DNA of 64,000 nt. Source: Octopus sinensis (lineage: Eukaryota). Positions within the stretch are counted from its first letter, which is position 1. The number at the start of each line of letters is the position of its first letter. This document shows positions 1 through 11,500 of the stretch, piece by piece. The stretch is taken from the NCBI RefSeq assembly GCF_006345805.1, contig NC_043009.1:46996001-47060000 (forward strand). The letters run 5' to 3'. The notes beneath the pieces are model-generated. The model was given only the letters and a program-made list of their open reading frames with translations. It had not been told where the DNA came from and ran no database searches. The position numbers and the translations under genes were made by a program.

Positions 1-297
1 CGGATTTAGTTTACTTCTGAACAAGTTCAAGTGGCAAATACATAATGTGAAAGTGTATCGTGGAAAAATATTTCAGTTTCGTGTTTTACACAAATTAACT
101 CGTTTTGGTCATAAAACTTTCGTGTTTTTTTTGTTTTTTTTTTTTGTTTTTTAATAGACTTAAGAGGGCTGCTTCAAATCTGAATCCAGCGAGGTGTTCT
201 CCATTCTTTTTTATAGAATCTAATCCTATATTTCTGAGAGTTTTATTTTCCTCTTCAAAAACTTTACAGTGAGCTTTTTTTCCTTTCATATCCTCAG

Positions 298-692
298 ATT
301 ATAAGGCGCTCTTCAACAATTTCCAATAGTAGTACCACGACAAGTGGCAGTTTGGATGGTACCTTCATGCACGTGAAAATTCTTGTGCCTAACAGCACAG
401 CCGGGCGTATTATCGGTAAAGGAGGGCAATATGTTGAACAGATTAAAGAAGAAACTGGTGCTTATGTCCAGATATCACAAAAGTCTCGTGAAACCAAACT
501 GCCAGAACGTTGTGTGACCATTGCGGGGGATTTGGTATCGAGTAAAAAGGCCATCGACTTGATCCTTCATAAGATAGTCGAGGATCCATATAGCAGAAAC
601 TTCACAACACTTAGTTATGCTGGTTATCCTGGACCCATTGCCAATGCTAGCCCTACTGGATCGCCTTTTGCCAATTCTTATACAGCTGAGAG
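298..692 (+). CDS. NOVA: NOVA/pasilla-like KH RNA-binding protein, exon encoding the KH2-type domain (5' boundary uncertain: acceptor after CAG at 297, or ATG at 367)
   Basis: VKILVPNSTAGRIIGKGG...GAYVQISQK...ERCVTIAG...KIVEDP...GPIANASPTGSPFAN closely matches NOVA/pasilla KH2 and the conserved motif after it. A polypyrimidine tract plus CAG at 295-297 is in frame. Donor is AG|GTGAGT at 692/693. Confidence 0.9.
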
Positions 693-1154
693 GTGAGTAG
701 TTTTTTTAATCTCTCCTATATTCATTTAATTCACATAATAGAACTTAATATTTAGTCTTTTGCTAATTCGATAGTTTTGATAACGACTATTTATAATATT
801 AATGCATTAGCCCGGAGCTTAAAGTTACATATAAGGTCTAACACTCCTGTTGTAATCCTTTTACTCTTTCTAATCATTGTCTCTTCAGAGAGAAAATGAA
901 TTACAATACGTTGTCTGGCTTAGTTTTTTTTTTTTTAATGTTGCTGTTTGTCATTCCTTGTCTTTGACGTAAACTAAAGCTCTTGATTATTTTCTCGTAG
1001 CATTAGTAAAATCTTTTAAATGTTATCCATTACAAGTACCGAACAAAATCTGCTCTGGATTAGACTCGAATTTTATTTAGTTTCACAATTTTGCTTTAAT
1101 CTTTCTCACTTCTAATGTGTTCCGCACAACTGGTTAATTTTCATTATTTTACAG
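693..1154 (+). other. 462-bp phase-2 GT-AG intron of the NOVA-like gene
   Basis: GTGAGT donor and TTATTTTACAG acceptor. Splicing makes AG+G (Arg) and continues in frame as NDSRDLSNN... into the 1228-2061 ORF. Confidence 0.88.
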
Positions 1155-2061
1155 GAATGACTCGAGAGATTTATCTAACAATCTGCGCAGTGAATTCGGA
1201 GATAAAAACTCACTTGAATTTTCGAGCATGGGTAATCTGAATATTAACAGCATTCTAAATAGTAACCTCTTGACTCCGTCATCGTTATTAGACAACTTGA
1301 AGATGACATTAAGGAATCTGGGCTACTCTGAACTTGCGATAGATGAAATTACTTCAGCTTACAATACTCTCTCGAATTATGGCTGCCTTCCTCATGTTAA
1401 TTCCGTTGGAATATTACCAAATATGTTGAACACTGGATCACTTACAAGTTATTGTTCGAATACCATATCTAATCTTGGAAAAAATCGCACACAGTCCTCA
1501 ATTTCTCAAAACAGCCCCTTTATCAGTAATTCTACGTGTCGCGACAATCTTGGAAGCCAATATGGTCCTATCGGTAGCAACAGTGAGACGTTCTCCTCGA
1601 CACATACAACCGGAAGCAACGATGTTTATTCCATAAGAGAAAAAGTTGGATTAGGTTCAATCATAAACAACGCCAACTACCATAGTGTTGGTTTTCCTTG
1701 CAATTCTTCGAAAAATATAGATGATATATGCTTTTCTGGGATGAATAACAATTCTTTCGGTCTCGGCCTTGGCTTATGTGGGCCAACTGATAAACCGAAC
1801 ATAACCTCAAAACAAGAAATAGAAGTCCCTGAAACAATTGTTGGAGCCATTCTTGGTCCTAAAGGCAAAGGAATTGTGGAAATTCAACAACTTACAAATG
1901 CGGTCGTACAGATATCTAAAAGAGGAGTTTATGCACCAGGAACCCGAAACCGCCTCGTTGATATAAGTGGTACCCCTTTAAATGTTGCTAAAGCTCAGTT
2001 TTTGATCCAACAGCGTCTACAACAGGAAGAGACAAAGAGGTCGCAACAGACAAAAAATTAG
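1155..2061 (+). CDS. NOVA: NOVA-like terminal coding exon: N/S-rich linker plus KH3 domain
   Basis: EIEVPETIVGAILGPKGKGIVEIQQ...VQISKRGVYAPGTRNRLVDISG...AQFLIQQRLQQEETKR is NOVA KH3 with an intact GxxG loop. NNNSFGL and LGYSE..DEI..A..TL..YG are also typical of invertebrate NOVA. Stop is TAG at 2059-2061. Confidence 0.92.
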
Positions 2062-3107
2062 TTTGATTTTTCAAAAACTTTGTTCAAGAGATTTCTGTTT
2101 CGACTGAGCGAAGTACGCCAAACTTTATTTTTCCTTCAATTGGAAACCTAGCGTCTATAAATGATCAAGTCTTCAGTTAGATTACAAATATATTTCTCAT
2201 GTGTATTTCTATAATAAGCATTTATTTACTAACACTTTTGACAATGTTGTCTTTTGGTCGCAGTTAAGCTTCGCTGGCCAAGGAAAACAATTGTATACAT
2301 GACTTCTACAGTCCTCCAATACCATTTAAAATTCCTTCTCAAAAGAAATTTAACTTTGTTTCATATGCTGATATTTTATCTGAATTGATTCAAATTGAAA
2401 ATTCCGTTTAAAGTAGCCCGTCCGTCATTCCATCTTAATCTTTCCCCCTACCCTGTTTTAGCTTTCTTTTCAACTCGTTTACTAAATAGTAAAAATTCAA
2501 ATCCCTAAACATTTTAAAACTTATCAATCGGTAAAATATCAATACAAACGAACATTCCTTTTCAGACCACATACAATCCCAAAACTAAATCACTTCAGAC
2601 ATTTTGATTCAATACAAATATTCGGATACATCATGTTTAGAATTCCCTTTTCCGAAATCCTTTATCGTTCCAATTTAAATTCAACAATTTGAAACTCTAT
2701 AATATCTGAGATTTTTCATGAAAATTCTCACGCATATCTCGTGTTGAACAATTCTTTTCTCAAACATAATTCTGTTCATTTTACAAGTGTGCCAGTTACC
2801 ATCTTTTGTTCTAAAAATATTTCATTGTTATTTCTTTGTTCTTAAATTGTTATCGTACTATTTGTTTATATTCCTTAAAACAAATACTGTCTTAGTTTAA
2901 CTTTTTACAAGAATTTCATTATTACTAACATTAAAACTTCAGTCTTTATTTTTCCTGTTAGAATTTTCTCATTGCTTACTTTGAAAACAATTGCACAGCT
3001 CAGGACTGTACATTGGTTTCAATAAGTTCAAACAAGATGAATTATATGAAAATTCTCTTAAAGAGAGCAAGGGAAATCTCATTTCAGCCTGGTTTTGATT
3101 TATAGCC

Positions 3108-3113
3108 AATAAA
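3108..3113 (+). promoter_or_regulatory. Candidate polyadenylation signal of the NOVA-like gene (~1.05 kb 3' UTR)
   Basis: AATAAA followed ~20 nt later by a U/GU-rich tract (TTTTGGTTGTT). Confidence 0.5.
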
Positions 3114-3930
3114 GTACATATTTTATATCGTTTTGGTTGTTAATTTGAAATAACCCGTTTCTATCGAGTTGCCAGCTTAGGGTTCGTTTTCAGGTATCAA
3201 TCTATCGAGCCCATGCCTACTTGAGAGTATTGCGTATGGACAAGTTTCATGAGAGATGGGTCGGTATTGCACCTCCCGTTGTTCCTCATTTCGTAAGAAC
3301 GTGCATATGGAGAGTCGTGGATTATTTTGTTGGAAGTTCTCTGCAGGTAAGATCTTGTTTTAAAGGTCCTTGGATGGAGGGCTTTGTTGCAGGTAACAGT
3401 TGAGTGTATAGAGCACCCTGGACCTCTTAAACCAAAGACAGCGCGATCTCTATGCTTTCTCTCGATACTGAGAAAGGAATCGCGGTACCCTTGCGAGCAC
3501 TATTTAGATGTACAAGTATTCTTTTAGACAATACTACACGGTCTTGTTTGACCTGAATCTCTACCTACATAGACGTGAAGACACTGTGTGCTCCCTTTTC
3601 TTTAACTTTTTCACATTCATTCACAATAGTGTATTATATCCCATTAGTTCCTGCAGTAATTATTACTTATATGTCACTGTATTCCTGATAGCCATACTAG
3701 TAAATCAGAGAAAATTGTCAACGCATTTGATTCTTTTGCGCTGTCTAGCAAATAGGATGGCCAATGGCTGAATTCACCTTTTAGAAATTTCAGATCACTA
3801 CGGCTACCATAGTTGCTAATTATCTTTTTAAAGAAGCATTAGGACTGTTCAGTTCTAATGTTTGAATTTATAGCCGGCGTGAGTTAGAACCAGGCTAGAA
3901 GTGATGCCACCCATTGGAGACGAAATACTG

Positions 3931-4285
3931 GTTTTAGTTCGATTAGGACTGCAGCCATGCTGGAGCATCCGCTTGAAGGGCTTTGTCGAACAAATCGACT
4001 CCAGTATTTTTCTAAGTTTGGTAGTTATTCTACTTGTCTCTTTATCCTAATCGCTAAGTTTACAGGGATGTAAACGAATGAGCACCCTGTTGTCAACAGG
4101 TGAGGGGGGAGAACATGCACGATAGGCCGACATGCTTCTTTAGGTTTCCAGCCAAATCTACAGAAGTATTTGACCCACCCGACGTTATAATGGAAAGCAC
4201 TTGCCCACAGTAGCATACAGTGGAACTGAACTCTAAGCCATGTGGTTGGAAAACGAACACCTTACACACGACAATGCCTGCACCT
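3931..4285 (-). mobile_element. SINE family A, old diverged copy
   Basis: Degenerate match to family A (GCCATGCTGGAGCA...CACTTGCCCA...CCATGTGGTTGG). Confidence 0.7.
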
Positions 4286-4621
4286 ATTTTGTACAAAACT
4301 ATGGTTTCCGTTTTGAATGTCGCCCTGTTTACTCCTGTCAATTATTCGTGGCATTTTTTCATCCTACTTATACTTGATGAGTAGGACCCGAGGATCGCCT
4401 ATCAGATGCACTAAAGCGTTTGTTTGACTATAGTACCGCCTCTGGCCCATACATTCTGTAATACTACAGGATTTTCTCACTGGATTTCTCTTTATTGCAT
4501 ACATAGGAATTCATAAAAAACATTACTTTATCAAGTTATTCTAGGTTCCGATGGAATAAAGATTTACCTCCTGCGGTTCAGTGTTTCAAACTTTTTTTTT
4601 TTTTTTTTTTTTTTTTACACC

Positions 4622-4962
4622 TGTTTGTCATTTGATTGCACCCATGCTTGGAGCATCACCTCCAGTCGAAGAAATCGACCCCAGGACTTATTCTTGGTAA
4701 GCCTAGTACTTAGCGGTTCAGCATCTTTTGCCGAACCGCTAAGTTACGGGTATGTAAACTTCATCAGTTGTCAAACGATGGTGGGGAGACACAAAATATA
4801 CACGCCACGGGCTTTTCAGTTCTCGTCAACGAATCCACTCACAAGGCTTTAGTTGACTCGAGACTATAGTAGACACTTGCCGAAGGTGCCACGGCATGGG
4901 ACTGAACCTGGAACCATGTGGTTGGGAAGCAAGCTTCTTATCACACAGCCACTTTTGTGCCC
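4622..4962 (-). mobile_element. SINE family A (tRNA-like head, CORE-like CCTTGGGCAAGT segment)
   Basis: Reverse complement of the family A consensus seen at 39475 and 54926. Confidence 0.85.
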
Positions 4963-7792
4963 ATTGTCTAAAATTTCTTCAGCTTTGATCTCTTGGTTTA
5001 CACTTAAACATTTGAGCTACTGTTTGCAGCTGAAAGACGTGTTGCAATAATGTCCAGTGTGATGTCAGTTCCACGACAATACTGCTAGTTTAGACATTGT
5101 TTCTATTTTTAGCATTCTTGTCAGCTACAATTTCTGCAGAAATTTCTATTAGTATTCAATTTTGCTGATTCTGTGGAAAAAAAAATAATTTTTTTTAGTT
5201 TTCAATTACTATACTAATGTCTCCATTTGTATATTATTCGACTATTCACAATGTGTAGTAATCATGGCGAGTGATTAAGGCAGTCGCTTTACGGACAAGG
5301 AGTTTCGTGTTCAGTCCTGTGCGATACATTGTCAGATGTTTTCTACTAGAACCTGACAGACCATTCTTTGAAAGAACTAGGTTGACGGAAACTGTATGGA
5401 AGCTGCCGTATGTCTCCCCACAGTCGCTTTACAACGAGCGTTTACGTCCTCGCACCTTACGGCCCGGCAAAGATACGGATGGTACTAGTACAGTGATCTA
5501 TTTGTTCGGGTGGATCTTTTCAGTTTGAACAGCAGTTTTTTCTAGCGGTGTCATATCAAATTGTCACCGTTAATTATAACCCTAGTATCGGTCTATTGCA
5601 TTTCAATCTATTTTAGGGTATCTTTTTTTTCTTCAGAAATGTAAATAAACCCAATCTGTTAAACGAGGGACATATTCATACGGCACAGAATGTTTTCACC
5701 TCAATAGACGGTCATTGATTGGTTGAAATTGCAGAAATTGAAAAAAAAAAACAAATCTTACAAACTATAGAATTTTCTCAAAGCCAAGAGAAAAAGATGT
5801 TTTATAAACACATTCTACCACTATACGAAGTTTAAAATTTTTTAGTTACCTAGAAATTGTTAATAACTGCCGGTGTGCACCAGCACGGGTGCAGTCCAAT
5901 GATCAAGACAAAATGAGTAGCAGCTTTACTAAATCCACATGTCTTCAATATGTATTTCAAAGAACCAGGACTTAAGAATATGACTAATCCAACTCGATTG
6001 TATTTAAAATTATGAACTTTTTAGTTTGACAATCTCGAGTATCCAGTCAATTCAGTAAACAAAATTATTAAATTCAGATCACACTCTTATCAGCGTAGTT
6101 TTGGAAAGCTTACACCTCAATAAAAATACCTTTTGATTGCGTCCATTAATCCCCAACTATTTTCATCTTCCTGTAGTCAACTTCCTATATTCTATTGGAA
6201 ACAAAATGATCATCGCATTTCGTTATGTGAAATAATACATGACAGCTAATCGATTGTTAACAGTCCATCTAGCTGTGATATTACCGCTAAAAGCAAAATT
6301 AAATTACGTTTCACCTTTGTTTCAACTATCTTAAGGCATATCTTAGTGAAATGATCAATCCTAGACGCATAAATCTAGAACCACAAATCAAATGTCAAAT
6401 GCTATTAGTCCCGCTGCATCTTATGCCTGCTTTTATGCAAGATATTTCCCTCATTGATAACAATGCGGCGAGCTGGCAGAATCGTTTGCACGCCGAGCAA
6501 AATTCTTAGTGGTATTTCGTTCGTTTTTGTTCACATTCACCCCAGATCGACTAGCCTTTTTAAGGGGGTTAAGATGGGTACAAATTCACTAGTCGATGTA
6601 ATCAATTTACTCCCCATCCCCTAAATTTCTGGTCTTGTCCCAAAATTTAAAATTAAACTTATCCCATCTGTGTGGTAAATTGTTTATCTCGGACGTAACA
6701 TACTTTAAATTTCGAAGCAAAGAAACCGTATCCTTTTATTTTAATCCCTTCGCAATTATTCTTCCCCCCTCCCCTAGTTTAATGATCTCAAAAGCTAATA
6801 GACGAGTCAGGGTTAGGAAAGTAAGGAGTATGAAGCTAAATCTCCATATTTAGCGCCATGTTTTCCTGAGTGACTTGGGCAACATGTGGTCCTACGCTAT
6901 CGTGTAGAAGCAACATCCCTTTGTGATTGACCTATAATGGGCACTTTATTTCGCATATTCTTGTACAATACTTCCAAGCGGCAATACTTCAGTTATTAAC
7001 TGTTTCGTTTTCATTTTGCACTTTGATAGACGACACCTTCCATATTCCAATAAAAACTGAGTATAATTTTTTTTTTTTTTTTGGTTTAGGGGGTGCATTC
7101 TCTTTTGTTTTGGATATGATGAGAGTCCATATTTCACCATTTGAAATAATTCTATCCCCGTAAAATTCAACAGGAAGTCTCCATAACGGGCTGAAAAGCA
7201 AATGAGAAACACGTTCTTCAAGCTTACACATTTCTCCTGGTACATAAAGATGTTTTTATGATCGAAGTGTAACTTAGATGGAATGTTTTACCAACTCACG
7301 CGCAGTTTGGTTTGGATTTTCCTGAACTACGGTTTCCACAATTTCGATCTACTCCAGATTGAGTGGGAATCCTGTGAAAAAATTTCCTGAGCGAAACTGG
7401 CGAAATCAACGTTAACCTCTCCGAACATTTAAAACTTCATTTCAATAGACAACGAATATTTCTTACCGTCTGTATTGCTGAAGAGGTTTTTGAATTTACA
7501 CAAGGGACAATGTCCGATATGGGCCTGATTTCATTTAAACTGATAAAATCGATGCGAATTTAACTTCTATGGTACAAATTAATCTGCAAAGAAGGAAAAA
7601 AAACCTAGAATATAAAGGAAACTGAAAACGTACCCTCAAAGTGATCATTTCAAAGTGCGGCAGGACCTCCTTTCTAGACTAATATTTTAATCTTTCTCCT
7701 AGAACTTTCAGACCTGAAATATTTATATTTTCCACAGAGGACCAGCTTCATTTCGATGTATGATACATGTTCATGTGTTGGTAATTATACCT

Positions 7793-8022
7793 GTTTCTTT
7801 ATTACCCACAAGGGGCTAAACATAGAGTGGACAAACAAGGACAGACAAACGGATTAAGTCGATTACATCGACCCTAGTGCGTAAGTGGTGCTTAATTTAT
7901 CGACCCCGAAAGGATGAAAGGCAAAGTCGACCTCGGCAGAATTTGAACTCAGAATGTAACGGCAGACGAAATACGGCTACGCATTTCGTCCGGCGTGCTA
8001 ACGTTTCTGCCAGCTCGCCGCC
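7793..8022 (-). mobile_element. SINE family B with degenerate ~21-bp TSD
   Basis: GGCGGCGAGCTGGCAGAAACG head and GCCTTTCATCCTTTCGGGGTCGATAAA central block (resembles the MetaSINE-type domain, from memory). Flanks are TCATGTGTTGGTAATTATACC and TTATGTGTTGATAATAATACC. Confidence 0.85.
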
Positions 8023-8381
8023 TTATGTGTTGATAATAATACCTGTCGTAAATAAAATGGCATTACTTTTTGACTCACCCTCGTAATTTGTTAGACAGGA
8101 ATATGAATTAATCGACCATATACCAATACTTCCATCTGCTCCAAATAAGTGTCATTAAACTAAGGTACGAATCAATACTTTAAAGCAATAACCGAGAACC
8201 TTGAAGCGCTTAAACTCGAATCAACTGCACTTACCCTGTATTTTGAAGAATTGGAAAATTCCGCCTATTCCCGACTGACTTCATATCTTCCCAGCCTTAT
8301 CTTTTAAGGTTCAAGAAAGACAACTCTTTTACATTCTTACATTGTAATTCCTGCTTTTCATTTTCTGTTAATCGTTTTCCG

Positions 8382-8586
8382 TTGGTCACTCTCGCCCGGC
8401 AATGGGCCGAGAGGAAACTGTCTCTAAAAGGTCGGGCGGAGGTGGTGAACACGTACATCGCGTCCATCATCTACTACCACCTGATCATCGTACCTTGTCC
8501 CGACCCTACCATCACCAAACTAGAACGCATTCTCTTCCGCTTCTTGTGGAAAGGATGCGTCCCGATGGTCAGGCGATCCATTTGCT
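8382..8586 (+). mobile_element. L1/Tx1-clade LINE ORF2 fragment (post-RT region)
   Basis: WAERKLSLKGRAEVVN...IYY...LERILFRFLWKG matches the W..R.LSL.GR...FLW motif. It is cut off abruptly by the array. Confidence 0.75.
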
Positions 8587-11500
8587 GATGAAAATTTTCA
8601 TCAAAAGTTTTGAAAGTTTCCATAAAAACTTCTGAAGATTTTTCTCAAAATTTCCATCAAAATTTTTGAAAACCTTTTAAAAAATTTTTATCAGAATTTC
8701 TGAAAACTTTTCTGAAAATTTTCATCAAAACTTCTGAAAATCTTTCAGTAAACTTTCAGAACAATTTTGGATGGATTTTTGAAAATTTTCATCAAATTTT
8801 ACTGAAAAATTTTGATCAAAATTTTGGAAAGTTTTTTGAAAGTTTTGATCAAAATTTTTCAAACATTTTTTGAAAATTTTCATCAAAATTTTCATCAAAA
8901 TTTCTGAAAACTTTTCAGAAAACTTTCATAAAAATTTTAGAAAGTTTTTTGAAAATTTTCATGAAAACTATAGAAAAGTTTTTTGAAAATTTTCCTCAGA
9001 AATTTTGAAAAGTTTTTAGAATGTTTTCATCAACATTTTTGAAAGCTTTCATCAAAATTTTTTGAAAATTTTCCTCAGAAATTTTGAAAACTTTTTTCAA
9101 AATTTTCGTCAGTTTTTTGAAAATTTTGATTAAAATTTCTGAAAATTCATCCGAAAATTTTAATCAAACTTTTGGAAACTTTTTTGAAAATTTTCATCAA
9201 AATTTTTGAAAAGCTTATTGAAAATTTTCATCAAAATTTTTGAAAAGTTTTCTGAATATTTTCATCAAAATATTTGAAAGTCTCTTGAAAATTTTCATTA
9301 AAATTTTTATAAGTTTTTTGAGATTATCATCAAAATACCTGAAAAACATTTTTTAAAATTTTCTGAAAATTTATCTGGAAATTTTCATCAAAATTTCAGA
9401 AAAAATTTGCAAAGATTTTTTGAAAATTTTCATCAAAATTTTTGAAAAGTTTTTTTGAAGAGTTTCATCAAAATTTTACGGAGATTTTTTTAAAATTTTC
9501 ATCAAAATTACTGAAAATTTTCCTGAAAATTTTCATAAAAATTTTATAAAAGTTTTTTGAAAATTTTCACCAAAATATTTCCGAAAATTTTCACCGAAAA
9601 CGATGTCGACATTTATAGACTTCAGCATATGAAGCATATTCGTTATATTTTAACCAAAAATTTCGAAAATTTATTGGGGAAAATTTTCGAATAAATTTTG
9701 GGTAAAATTTTCGGTGAAAATTTTCGAAAAACCATATAACGAATATGCTCCATATGCTGAAGTCTATAAACGTCGACATCGTTTTCCGTAAAAATTTTCT
9801 GAAAATAGATTTATGTTATTGCTAAAAATACATTAACAACTCTGACGATGTCCACGTTTATAGACTTCAGCATATGGAGCATATTCATTATATGGTTTTT
9901 TCGAAAATTTTCAAAGAAAATTTTACCCAATAATTTGTCGAAAATTTTCACCAAAAATTTTCCGAAAATTTTACCAAAGAATGGCTTCCCGTACTTTGTG
10001 ATTTTGGCACCGCTGACCTTCCATACTTTGTGATTTTTGGCACCGCTGGCCTTCAATAATTAGTGATTTTGGCACCAATGGCCTTCCATACTTTGTGATT
10101 TGAGCACCGCTGGCCTTCCATACTTTGCGATTTGGGCATTTTCAGCGAAAATTTTACCCAAAAGTTTTCCGATTATTTTTACTGAAATTTTACCCAAAAA
10201 TTTTTCGAAACTTTACATTAAAAGTTTTTCCCAAAAATTTTCCTAATATTTTCATCGAGAACAATGTCTACGTTTATAGACTACAGCATATGGAGCATAT
10301 TCGTTATATAGTTTTTAGAAAATTTTCACCAAAAATTTTGCCGAAAAATTTTTCTAAAATTTTACCGAAAATTTTCCCCAAAAATTTATCCAAAATTTTA
10401 CCTAAAATTCTTACGAAAATTTTCACTGAAAATTTTATCCAAAAATTTTTCGAAAATTTTCACCGAAAAATTTACCGAAAAATTTTTCAAAAATTTTCTA
10501 GAAAAATTTTCCGAAAATTTAGACGGAAATTTTCTCCAAATTCTTGCGAACATTTTAACCGATATCGATGTCGACGTTTATAGACTACAGCATATGGAGC
10601 ATATCCTTATATGGTTTTTCGAAATTTATCACCAAAAATTTTGCGAAAATTTTACCCAAAATTTTCGTGTAAATTTTCGGAAAATTTCAATTGAAAATTT
10701 TCCATAAATTTTTGGGTAAAATTTTCGATGAAAATTTAAAAAATTTTGGGTTAAAATTTTCGAAAAATATTTGGTTAAAATTTTCAAAAAATTTTTAGCT
10801 AAAATTTTTGGTGAAAATTTCAAAAAAATTTTCAAAAATTTTCGGCAGAATTCTTTCGAAAATTTTTTGCCGAAAATTTTTGGCAAATGTCTTTCGAAAT
10901 GGCTTTCCATTCATTGGGATTTTGGAAACGTTGGCCTCCCATACTTTGTGATTTATGACCAAAATTTTCGAAAGACATTTGCCAAAAATTTTCGGCAAAA
11001 AATTTTCGAAAGAATTTTGCCGAAAATTTTTGAAAATTTTTTTGAAATTTTCACCAAAAATTTTAGCTAAAAATTTTTTGAAAATTTTAACCAAATATTT
11101 TTCGAAAATTTTAACCCAAAATTTTTTAAATTTTCATCGAAAATTTTACCCAAAAATTTATGGAAAATTTTCAATTGAAATTTTCCGAAAATTTACACGA
11201 AAATTTTCTCCAATTTTTTCCGAACATTTTATCCGAAAACGATGTCGACGTTTATAGACTACAGCATATAAAACATTACATTATATGGTTTTTCGAAATT
11301 TATCACCAAATCTTTTACCCAAAAATTTTCCTAAAAATTGTTGGAATATTTTCACCGAAAATTTTACCCAATAATTTCTGGAAAATTTTCACCAAAAATT
11401 TTGCGAAAATTTTACCCAATAATGGCTTTCCATTCATTGGAATTTTGGAACTGTTGGCCTCCCATACTATGTGATTTTGGCACCGTTGGCCTTCCATAAT

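Noticed and set aside
1228-1230. ATG at 1228 as the start of a separate gene
   Set aside because: The frame is open from the 1155 acceptor and splices in phase to the upstream KH exon.
2062-3110. YCAY clusters for NOVA autoregulation in the 3' UTR
   Set aside because: Only scattered TCAT/CCAT occur, as expected by chance in AT-rich DNA.
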